A stretch of 64,000 nt of DNA from Chthoniobacteraceae bacterium (lineage in GTDB: Bacteria; Verrucomicrobiota; Verrucomicrobiia; Chthoniobacterales; Chthoniobacteraceae). The position numbers and the translations under genes were made by a program. The stretch spans positions 1 to 64,000 of the forward strand of contig JBBCKI010000072.1 in NCBI GenBank assembly GCA_037190965.1, given 5' to 3'. The notes beneath the pieces were generated by a model that searched no databases, was not told the origin of the DNA, and saw only the letters and a list, made by a program, of their open reading frames with translations. Every line of letters starts with the position of its first letter. Within the stretch, counting starts at the first letter, position 1. Below, one piece after another: positions 8,394 to 16,350 of the stretch.

Positions 8394-9338
8394 ATGGCGA
8401 GCCCAAAAATCGACCCCGCTCTGCACCAGGAGCGGAAGCCGGACTGGATTAAAGTCCGCCTTCCTTCCAACCCGGTCTTCTTCTCCACCAAATCGCTGAT
8501 TTCTGATCTGAAGCTGGTGACCGTGTGTGAAGAGGCCCAGTGCCCCAACCGTTGGGAGTGCTGGAGCGCGGGAACCGCCACGTTCATGATCGCCGGGGAG
8601 CGCTGCACCCGGGCGTGCGGATTTTGCGCGGTCGCGACGGCCAAACCGTTCGCGCTCGACCCCGATGAGCCCCGCCGGGTTGCCGAGGCGATCCGGCGCA
8701 TGAAGCTCCGGCACGTCGTCATCACGGCGGTGGCCCGGGACGACATGAAGGACGGCGGCGCGGAGCACTTTGCGCAGACCATCCAAGCCGTGCGGGATAT
8801 GGACTCCGGTATCACCATCGAGGTGTTGACGCCTGATTTCAAAGGGCGTGACGAGTCGTTGCAGATTGTGGCACAGGCCGCTCCGCACGTGTTCAACCAC
8901 AACCTGGAGACCGTCGAGCGGCTTACCCCCCTGGTTCGTTCGCGGGCCAAGTACGCACTCTCGCTTCAGGTGTTGCGGCGGATGAAGGAACTCGCTCCCG
9001 GAATGGCTACCAAGAGCGGCATCATGCTCGGCCTCGGCGAGAAGGAGGAAGAGATCTTCCAGACGATGGACGCCTTGCGCGACGCCGGAGTGCAAATCCT
9101 GACGATGGGGCAATATCTCCGTCCCAGCCCACAGCATTTGCCGGTAGTGGCGTATATCGAACCGGCCAAGTTCGACGAATACCGCGACGTGGCTTACTCC
9201 AAGGGGTTTGAGCACGTTTCCAGCGGCCCATTGGTGCGAAGTTCCTATCATGCGGCGGAATATAAGACCGCCAAAAGGCCCGATCAGCCGGATCAGCCGG
9301 ATCAGCCGGCGCAGGCCGTCCCGGCGAAGACCGTTTAG
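8394..9338 (+). CDS. lipA: Lipoyl synthase
   Basis: CEEAQCPNRWEC, the radical SAM motif CTRACGFC, and RSSYHA. Confidence 0.97.
   Translation: MASPKIDPALHQERKPDWIKVRLPSNPVFFSTKSLISDLKLVTVCEEAQCPNRWECWSAGTATFMIAGERCTRACGFCAVATAKPFALDPDEPRRVAEAIRRMKLRHVVITAVARDDMKDGGAEHFAQTIQAVRDMDSGITIEVLTPDFKGRDESLQIVAQAAPHVFNHNLETVERLTPLVRSRAKYALSLQVLRRMKELAPGMATKSGIMLGLGEKEEEIFQTMDALRDAGVQILTMGQYLRPSPQHLPVVAYIEPAKFDEYRDVAYSKGFEHVSSGPLVRSSYHAAEYKTAKRPDQPDQPDQPAQAVPAKTV
9282..9308 (+). repeat. 9-bp tandem repeat (GATCAGCCG)x3 in the lipA 3' end, encoding DQP x3
   Basis: Read directly from the sequence. Confidence 0.85.
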
Positions 9339-9344
9339 AACACA

Positions 9345-10031
9345 ATGAACTCCAGGGACGGCGGGAGGTTTGACTCGAAAAAGGTCGCGGCACTAATCCC
9401 GGCCTATCGGGAGGAGGCGCACATTGCTGACATTGTGCGCCGGGTAAAGGCCCAACTGGAGAATGTCCTCGTCGTCGATGACGGCTCGCCCGACGAGACC
9501 ACGCCACGTGCTCGCGAGGCCGGGGCGGAGGTGATCACGCACGCGCAGAATTCCGGCAAGGGAGCCGCCATCAAGACCGGGTTTGCCGTATTGCTGGAGC
9601 GAGGATTCGACTACGTGATCATTCTCGATGGTGACGGCCAGCATCTGCCCGAGGAGATTGACCGTTTTCTGCAAGCCGCCGCCGGGACCGACGCGGGAAT
9701 TTTTATCGGCAACCGGATGTGCAAGACCGCATCGATGCCGCTGGTGCGCCTTCTTACCAACCGGTTCATGTCATGGCAGATCAGCCGGCTCTGCGGCCAC
9801 CCGGTGCCCGATACGCAGTGCGGGTTCCGAATGATCCACCGCGACGTCATCCCCAGCCTTTTTTGCAAGAGCAACGCCTACGATTACGAGACGGAGATGA
9901 TCCTCATCGCCGGACGCGCGGGGCACCGTATCGTCAGCGTGCCCATCACCACAGTCTACGCCAATGAAGTGAGCAAGATCAGCCCGCTTCGGGATGGCTA
10001 TCGCTTTTTTAAGCTGATCTCGCGGTACTGA
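9345..10031 (+). CDS. Glycosyltransferase family 2 (DPM synthase-like)
   Basis: Motifs LIPAYRE, VVDDGS, GKGAA, LDGDGQH and DTQCGFR. Confidence 0.92.
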   Translation: MNSRDGGRFDSKKVAALIPAYREEAHIADIVRRVKAQLENVLVVDDGSPDETTPRAREAGAEVITHAQNSGKGAAIKTGFAVLLERGFDYVIILDGDGQHLPEEIDRFLQAAAGTDAGIFIGNRMCKTASMPLVRLLTNRFMSWQISRLCGHPVPDTQCGFRMIHRDVIPSLFCKSNAYDYETEMILIAGRAGHRIVSVPITTVYANEVSKISPLRDGYRFFKLISRY

Positions 10032-10045
10032 ACCGCGTAATGCTT

Positions 10046-12058
10046 CTACAGCTCGCACCGAAATTCGCTCTTCCGGTGGAAACGGTCTTCGCGGTAATTC
10101 ACATAGGTGGCCAGCGCGAGAAGGGGGAAGTTATTCCGGTACATGTCATAGCTCAGGTAGAACACTTTCGGGAATCCTGTGCCGGTGGTCTGCGGTTCAT
10201 CCCAGCTTCCATCGCGCTTCTGGGTATGCAGGAGGTAGGCGACGCCGCGCCGAATTGACCGGCGCTCGATATCGCCGCATGCGCATAATCCCATGAGCGC
10301 CCATGCCGTTTGCGAGGGAGTGCTTTCACCGCGTCCTTTCAGCGACGGGTCGTCATACGTGGCCGGGCTTTCTCCCCAGCCGCCGTCGTCGTTCTGGCAG
10401 CTTTCCAGCCAATCGCGCGCCCGGACGAGCCAGTCCTGAGTCATCGGCTCGCCGATGGAGCGGATGCCGCGGAGCACCTGCCATGTGCCGTAAATGTAGT
10501 TTACCCCCCAGCGTCCATACCACGAGCCGTCGTGTTCCTGGGTCTTGCGAAGATAGGCGATAGCGCGGCGCACCACCGGATTCTGGCGGTCGAAGCCGAT
10601 ATAGCCGAGCAACTCGAGCATCCGCCCCGTGAGATCGCTGCACGTCGGGTCGGTGATCGCATTGTGGTCGGCAAACGGGATGTCGTTGAGCCAGTGTCGG
10701 GTGACATCCTTGTCGAAGGCCGCCCAGCCCCCATCGCGGCATTGGAATGAGAGCAACCACGGCAGGGCCCGTCCGAAGATGGCCTTTAATGCTTCCTCGT
10801 CTCCCTCGGGTGGGGCGAAGCGGAGCGCCATCAACACCATCATGGTGTCATCGGTGTCGGGGTAAAAATCGTTGCGGTACTCGAAGGCCCAGCCGCTGGC
10901 GACCGGGTGAGGGTTCTTGACCGTCCAGTCGCCCATGGTGCGTACTTCGCGCTCGGCCAGCCATTCCCCCGCGCGCCGGATGGCGTCGGCGGCGGCCGGA
11001 GATGCGTCGAGACTGCTCTCGGCCAGCGCGATGAGGTTGATGGCGGTGTCCCAGACCGGCGAGAGACATGGCTGGATGCGAAAGTCCTGTGGGTCTTCGA
11101 CGAAGAGCCCCTGGAAATCGCAGATCGCCTTGGCCAGCAGGGGAGTGCTCCTCTCATCGTGCCCGAGCGCCTGCATGGCGATGATCGAGTTGAGCATTGC
11201 GGGAAAGACGGCGGCCAACCCGTCGGACCCTTCACCCATGCGCACCTTCATCCACTCCACGGCGCGTTCCATCGCGAGATCGCGTAGCGGCCTGAAGCCG
11301 ACCCGGTCGCTCCATTTCAGGAGCCGGTCCACCCGCAGGAAAAAGTTGCGCCACGTCATCCAGCGATGGTCCTTGCTGGGGGTGAAATCGTTCCCTTCCG
11401 TGCCCGCCGGGTAAAGCTCGTGGAGTTGCTTTTCCGCCGGAAGCTGGCGAGTCGGCTTAAGATGGTTGAGGATGGCGAGGGGAACGATCATCGCCCGCGT
11501 CCATGAGGAAATCTCATTGAGATTGAAGGGAGCCCAGGACGGGAGGAGGACGACTTCGACGGGAATCGTCGGCAGCGATTCCCACGGGAACTGCCCCAGC
11601 AACGCCAGGTAGAGCTTGGCGTAGGTGTTCATCCTGGGGATGCCGCCCAATCGCAGCGCCGCGGCGCGAGCCTCCTGCATCCAGGGCGCGTGCGGGGCGT
11701 GATCCGCCAGCTTGAGCGCAAAGTACGCCTTTACCGTCGCGTTGATCTCGCTGGGCCCGCCATGATAGATGTTCCAGCCGCCGTCGGGCCGTTGGCGACG
11801 CCGGATATGGGCGACGCATTTCTCCTGCAGCACGGGGTCGATCTTGCCCGACCAATGCATGTAGAGGATGTAATCCGAGCAGAGCGTGCTATCGACGATC
11901 AATTCCCCGGCCCAGTGTCCGTCCGGGTTCTGCAATCGCAGCAGATTTTGCTGGGCGAGCCTCAACGCCTCCCGAAGCGAGGCGGCATCATCCTGTCCGG
12001 CGATCTCATGAACGCCGGGGGAGAGGGGGATGTGCTGGTTGAATGGGCGCGATGCCAT
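10046..12058 (-). CDS. shc: Squalene-hopene cyclase
   Basis: QW repeats (QNPDGHW, QRPDGGW, QCRDGGW, QEHDGSW, QNDDGGW), DxDD motif YPDTDD, and GTGFP. Confidence 0.96.
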   Translation of the reverse strand: MASRPFNQHIPLSPGVHEIAGQDDAASLREALRLAQQNLLRLQNPDGHWAGELIVDSTLCSDYILYMHWSGKIDPVLQEKCVAHIRRRQRPDGGWNIYHGGPSEINATVKAYFALKLADHAPHAPWMQEARAAALRLGGIPRMNTYAKLYLALLGQFPWESLPTIPVEVVLLPSWAPFNLNEISSWTRAMIVPLAILNHLKPTRQLPAEKQLHELYPAGTEGNDFTPSKDHRWMTWRNFFLRVDRLLKWSDRVGFRPLRDLAMERAVEWMKVRMGEGSDGLAAVFPAMLNSIIAMQALGHDERSTPLLAKAICDFQGLFVEDPQDFRIQPCLSPVWDTAINLIALAESSLDASPAAADAIRRAGEWLAEREVRTMGDWTVKNPHPVASGWAFEYRNDFYPDTDDTMMVLMALRFAPPEGDEEALKAIFGRALPWLLSFQCRDGGWAAFDKDVTRHWLNDIPFADHNAITDPTCSDLTGRMLELLGYIGFDRQNPVVRRAIAYLRKTQEHDGSWYGRWGVNYIYGTWQVLRGIRSIGEPMTQDWLVRARDWLESCQNDDGGWGESPATYDDPSLKGRGESTPSQTAWALMGLCACGDIERRSIRRGVAYLLHTQKRDGSWDEPQTTGTGFPKVFYLSYDMYRNNFPLLALATYVNYREDRFHRKSEFRCEL

Positions 12059-12167
12059 GGCGCGAAGGTTTGAAAAGTTTATCGAAAACGAATCGGCGGA
12101 GACCAGCCCGTTTCTGACCTGCTCGTGGGGTCAGGGAGTACCCCAGCCTGGATTTTCGACGGGCGGG

Positions 12168-13460
12168 CTACCCTGCTTTCAGAGCTTCTTTGGCTGAATT
12201 CTTTCCGGTAAGATGACCGTTGCCTGCGCTAACTCCGTTGTAAGCGTGGACTTTGGCTCCGCCTTTGATCGGTTGCGGCCGCGCGCCGAAGTTGAAGCGG
12301 ATGTTCTTCCAAGTATCCCCGCTCTTTGCCTGAAGCCCGAGGCTGGCGGAGGGCTCGTAACCGCAATGAACCATGCAGTTCTCGCAACGCGGGTCACGCG
12401 CTTTGCCGTCCACAACGCCGTAGCGATCCCAGTCGGTCTTCGCGAGCAGGTCCGCATAGCTGGCGTGGTGGGCGTCCGTCATCAGGTAGCATGGTCCTTT
12501 CCAGCCGCGAATGTTGCGGGTGGGGATTGCCCAGGCCGAGCAGGTCAGGTCGCGTTTTCCGGCAAGAAATTCAAGGTAGATCGGCGTGCCGAAGAACGGG
12601 AATTTCCGGCCCCATTCCTCGATCTTCGCGAACTTTTCCACTGTCGCCGCGCGGGTGAGGAAGAAGTTCTCCGGGTTCAGGTTGAGCCGGGTGAACATGT
12701 CCTTCTTGGCGGCGTCGTAGTCGTAGCCTGGCGAAATCGTGTGCCCGTCGATGCCGAGGCTGCCGAGAAAGGCGAACATGGCTTCGATCTCCTCCATCTC
12801 CGTCTCCTTGTAGATGGTGGTGTTGGTTGCGACCTGGTAGCCGAGAATCTTGGCCATCCGCATGGCGAGAATGCACTCTTTGAAGACCCCCTCGCGCTCC
12901 ACGATCAAGTCATGGGTCCGCTCAAGGCCATCGAGGTGGACGTTCCAGTAGAGCCAGCCTGAAGGCTCGATCACCGGGCGGGAGGAATCCTTCGGACCTT
13001 TGCGGATCTCGGCGGCGTCCTTCTGGGTGATGAGTTCCTCTTTCAGCAGCCGCGTGAGATGCTGCTCCACGGCTCCCGGGCGGCGTAGCATTTCGGCTGC
13101 GAGGTAGTCGCGCATCTTCCGGCGCATCAGCATCGCGTTGGTGCAGATGTAGACAATGCGCCCCTGCTCAAGAAGGCCGGAGACGAGTTCCTCGATCTGC
13201 GGATAGATCAGCGGTTCACCCCCGCAAATGGAAATCATCGGCGCGTCGCACTCAACCGCCGCGTTAAGGCAATCCTCCAACGGCAGCACATCCTTGAGTG
13301 AGGTGGAATATTCCCGGATTCGGCCGCAGCCGGTGCAGGTCAGATTGCAGGTATGCAGGGGCTCAAGCTGGAGGACGGTCGCAAACTTCGGGGTTCTCCG
13401 GAGCTTGTGCTTGATGATGTACCCCGCGATCTTGAGTGTGAGCGGTAAGGGGAATCTCAT
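12168..13460 (-). CDS. hpnH: Adenosyl-hopene transferase, radical SAM
   Basis: LEPLHTCNLTCTGCG and DPRCENCMVHCGYEPS. Lies directly upstream of shc. Confidence 0.9.
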   Translation of the reverse strand: MRFPLPLTLKIAGYIIKHKLRRTPKFATVLQLEPLHTCNLTCTGCGRIREYSTSLKDVLPLEDCLNAAVECDAPMISICGGEPLIYPQIEELVSGLLEQGRIVYICTNAMLMRRKMRDYLAAEMLRRPGAVEQHLTRLLKEELITQKDAAEIRKGPKDSSRPVIEPSGWLYWNVHLDGLERTHDLIVEREGVFKECILAMRMAKILGYQVATNTTIYKETEMEEIEAMFAFLGSLGIDGHTISPGYDYDAAKKDMFTRLNLNPENFFLTRAATVEKFAKIEEWGRKFPFFGTPIYLEFLAGKRDLTCSAWAIPTRNIRGWKGPCYLMTDAHHASYADLLAKTDWDRYGVVDGKARDPRCENCMVHCGYEPSASLGLQAKSGDTWKNIRFNFGARPQPIKGGAKVHAYNGVSAGNGHLTGKNSAKEALKAG

Positions 13461-13700
13461 AGCGCGTCGAACATGATGATACGGGCTCGGAGCAGCAATC
13501 TTTTTTTACCCGGCGGCAGGCCATGGGAAGCGGGGATGCGCGGTATTTGGTTGTAATTTGTTGATGGAAAGGAACTTGGGGCTTGGGTTGTGAAAAACAT
13601 ACAATCTCTTACGCCAGCACATCGTGTGTCGAAGTGATTCCGGGTTGAAAAAAGAGGCTGGCATTTGACGGAAGTTTCCCATTCTCTCGAAGGGCTGTTG

Positions 13701-13714
13701 TTCAATCGCTTCAA
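13701..13714. promoter_or_regulatory. LacI-family operator-like site upstream of the isomerase
   Basis: TTCAATCGCTTCAA fits the symmetric AAnCGnTT pattern and lies 15 nt before the start codon. Confidence 0.4.
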
Positions 13715-13728
13715 TTTTACCTCCATTG

Positions 13729-14769
13729 ATGAATCCCCGTTTTACTCTTAAGGAAAAAGTCGGTCCTCAGGGACTCGGTGCCGGTGTTTGGAATCTTGGT
13801 CCCGGCGGCGACCCGTTCGGCGGCCCGACCCGCGAAGCCATCCCGATTCTCGACCGTCTGCCGCTGCTGGCGGAAGCGGGGATGACCTATTACGAGGCCC
13901 ATGATTCGGAAATTCCTGCCTCCGACGCCGAAAAGGCCCTCAAAATTGCGGCTCAGAACGGGCTGCAATGCGCGATGTACACGCCGTCCTTTTTTGCCGA
14001 CCCGATTTTCAAGGATGGCGCGATGACCTCCAACGACGCCTCGATTCGCGCCAAAGGGCTCGTCAACGCCAAGCTCGCCGTCGACACGACCCACATCCTC
14101 GGGGCCAAGACGATGGTCTTCTGGAATGGGCGCGAGGGGTTCGACTTCGTGCTCGCCAAGAACGGGCGCGATTCCTTCAAGCGTCTCGTGGAAGGTTTCA
14201 ATGCCGTTGGGCAGTATGCCAAGGAGAAGTATGGGGACGGCATCCGGTTCGCCCTGGAGCCCAAGCCCAACGAACCGCGCGCGAACATGTATCTCGCCAA
14301 TGTTGGCGAGGCGCTTTACCTCATCAGCCGTCTCGACCCCGAGATTCAGCCGCTCTTCGGTCTCAACCCCGAGACGGCTCACAGCCGGATTGCCGGGCTC
14401 GACTACCTTTGGGACATCGAGTTGTGCCTCGAAGCGGGCAAACTCTTCCACATTCACCTCAATGCGCAGGACGGCCAGCGGTACGATCAGGATCTCCCCT
14501 TCGGTTACACGGAACCTCTTAAGGACCTCGCCCTTCTCGTCGTCCTGCAGGACGCCAAGTATGACGGCATCGTCTGCTTTGACGTGAAGGCCCCCCGGAC
14601 GGACGATCCTGCGAACATTCAGGACATCCTGCATGTCAGCAGCAACAATCTGATCTGGCTCTGGGAGCGCGCGCTGGCGGTGGACCGGCAGAAGATCGCT
14701 CAGTTCCGCGCGGAAAATCGCGCAACCGCTTTGTCGGGCTATCTTGCCGAGTGCCTTTACGGGCGCTAG
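13729..14769 (+). CDS. Xylose isomerase-family sugar isomerase (class I-like, substrate uncertain)
   Basis: Motifs GGDPFGGPTR, VFWNGREG, ALEPKPNEPR, NPETAH, FHIHLN, YDQDLPFG and FDVK. Confidence 0.85.
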   Translation: MNPRFTLKEKVGPQGLGAGVWNLGPGGDPFGGPTREAIPILDRLPLLAEAGMTYYEAHDSEIPASDAEKALKIAAQNGLQCAMYTPSFFADPIFKDGAMTSNDASIRAKGLVNAKLAVDTTHILGAKTMVFWNGREGFDFVLAKNGRDSFKRLVEGFNAVGQYAKEKYGDGIRFALEPKPNEPRANMYLANVGEALYLISRLDPEIQPLFGLNPETAHSRIAGLDYLWDIELCLEAGKLFHIHLNAQDGQRYDQDLPFGYTEPLKDLALLVVLQDAKYDGIVCFDVKAPRTDDPANIQDILHVSSNNLIWLWERALAVDRQKIAQFRAENRATALSGYLAECLYGR

Positions 14770-14788
14770 AGCGTTTTTGAGTTAGAGG

Positions 14789-14948
14789 TTCCCTCGTTCC
14801 CAAACTCTGTTTAGGAACGCCTGTGTCTTCGAAACTCCAGTTTCGCAACCCCTGTCCGTTCCAGCAACCCTGCACGAAGTGACAAGGCTTTCGAATCAGA
14901 GATTCGGGGACAATGGCATTACCAATCTGGAGATTGGTAACGAGGGAA
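14789..14948. repeat. Composite four-hairpin REP/MITE-like element, CTCGTTCCCAA family (copy 2)
   Basis: Terminal inverted repeat TTCCCTCGTT...AACGAGGGAA, with internal hairpins CGAAACTCCAGTTTCG and CGAATCAGAGATTCG. Colinear with 39572-39715. Confidence 0.8.
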
Positions 14949-15064
14949 TGGATCGGGGTGATCAGGCGCAATTTGCTGGCCGCGAGTAACTTCCAATCGC
15001 TTTGAGAGAATCGCTGGCTGGAATCGCCTGCATCTCCCATTGGCGATTTCAGTGATTTCTCGCT

Positions 15065-16126
15065 ATGCGTTTTTCGTCGGATGCGGCCCTGAAAATTTTC
15101 GATGTGATTCTGGAGCTCTATGCTCCCGCTCGCAGCGAAGAGTTGCCGGGCCGTTTCATGGGTTGCGTCCGGCGCCTGCTCGATTGCGAGCATTTATCTT
15201 ACAATGAATTCGGTCCCGGGCACTTCTGCGGAATCCTCGATCCGGTGATCGATGACGAACTCAATGAAAGGTTCGCCGCCCTGGCCGATCAGCATCCCAG
15301 TATTCGGCACATCAACGCCACGGGGGAGCAAGGGGCGGTGAAAATTTCCGATTTCGTCAATTTGCGCGATTGGAAGCGGACGGAGTTATACAACGAATTC
15401 TTCCGCGAACTGGATATCAGCCATCAGTTGGCTTTTCTGCAGCCGGAGGGAGCGATTCAGATCGGCTTTGCCGCAAACCGAAGCCGAAAGGATTTTTCCG
15501 AGAACGACCGATGGATACTCAGTCTTCTTGCGCCCCACCTTCTTCAGGCGCGCCGAAATGCGCTCGCGCTGGAGAGGGCGAGCCGCGCCGGGGATGCCCA
15601 GGGGGGCGGGACCGTGGTGATTCTCAATGAAGGCGAGGTCCTTTATTGTTCGCCGAGAGCTCGTGAGGTTGTGAACCGCTTTTTTGGTCCGATTCTCAAT
15701 GATCGGTTGCCCGACGAACTGATTCGCTGGGTCAAAAACGGATTGAGAGGCCCCTCACTCGAAGGGCTTTCCGCCGGTTCCCTTCACCCCCTTGTCAAGA
15801 AAGGGGAAAACTCCACGTTGACGGCCCGACTGGCTCCCAATTTTGCCACCGGGGAGCATGTTCTGGTTGTCGAAGAGCAATTGAATCAGCTCCCAATCTC
15901 GATCTTCACCCAGTTCGGGCACTCCAAACGAGAGTCCGAAGTGCTGGCGTGGATCGCGCAGGGCAAAACCAATCCGGAAATTGCGGTGATCCTGGATATC
16001 AGCGCGAGAACGGTTGCTCATCACGTGGAGCGTATTCTTGCAAAAATCGGGGTCGAAGGCCGGGGGAGTGCGGGTCTCTGGGCGCAGGAAATTCTCAGGC
16101 GTCATCCGATGCAGAGCGCTTTCTGA
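15065..16126 (+). CDS. LuxR-family transcriptional regulator (GAF/PAS-like N-terminus, C-terminal HTH)
   Basis: LuxR HTH SKRESEVLAWIAQGKTNPEIAVILDISARTVAHHVERILAKIGV. Confidence 0.9.
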   Translation: MRFSSDAALKIFDVILELYAPARSEELPGRFMGCVRRLLDCEHLSYNEFGPGHFCGILDPVIDDELNERFAALADQHPSIRHINATGEQGAVKISDFVNLRDWKRTELYNEFFRELDISHQLAFLQPEGAIQIGFAANRSRKDFSENDRWILSLLAPHLLQARRNALALERASRAGDAQGGGTVVILNEGEVLYCSPRAREVVNRFFGPILNDRLPDELIRWVKNGLRGPSLEGLSAGSLHPLVKKGENSTLTARLAPNFATGEHVLVVEEQLNQLPISIFTQFGHSKRESEVLAWIAQGKTNPEIAVILDISARTVAHHVERILAKIGVEGRGSAGLWAQEILRRHPMQSAF

Positions 16127-16142
16127 GAAAGCGTTTCTTTGC

Positions 16143-16162
16143 AATAGGCAACTCTGCCTATT
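16143..16162. promoter_or_regulatory. 20-bp palindrome, candidate LuxR-type binding site
   Basis: AATAGGCA-actc-TGCCTATT, 17 nt after the LuxR stop. Confidence 0.4.
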
Positions 16163-16250
16163 TTCCGGTTAAGGGTGCTCTGCTTCAATGACCGGCAAGC
16201 AGAGATGCGAAGAGCTAGCATGGAGTTGCTGCACGGAGCATTTTGCCGAA

Positions 16251-16280
16251 GCTCGGGCGAGTTCATAAACTCGCCCGAGC
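16251..16280. terminator. Strong hairpin between convergent genes
   Basis: GCTCGGGCGAGTT-cata-AACTCGCCCGAGC, a perfect 13-bp stem with no clean U tract. Confidence 0.5.
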
Positions 16281-16282
16281 GC

Positions 16283-16318
16283 CTTTACCGTCTTTACCGT
16301 CTTTACCGTCTTTAACGC
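16283..16318 (+). repeat. 9-bp tandem repeat (CTTTACCGT)x3 plus one degenerate unit
   Basis: Read directly from the sequence. Confidence 0.85.
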
Positions 16319-16350
16319 CTTGACCGCTACGCGGTTTGAAGGTGACCCAA

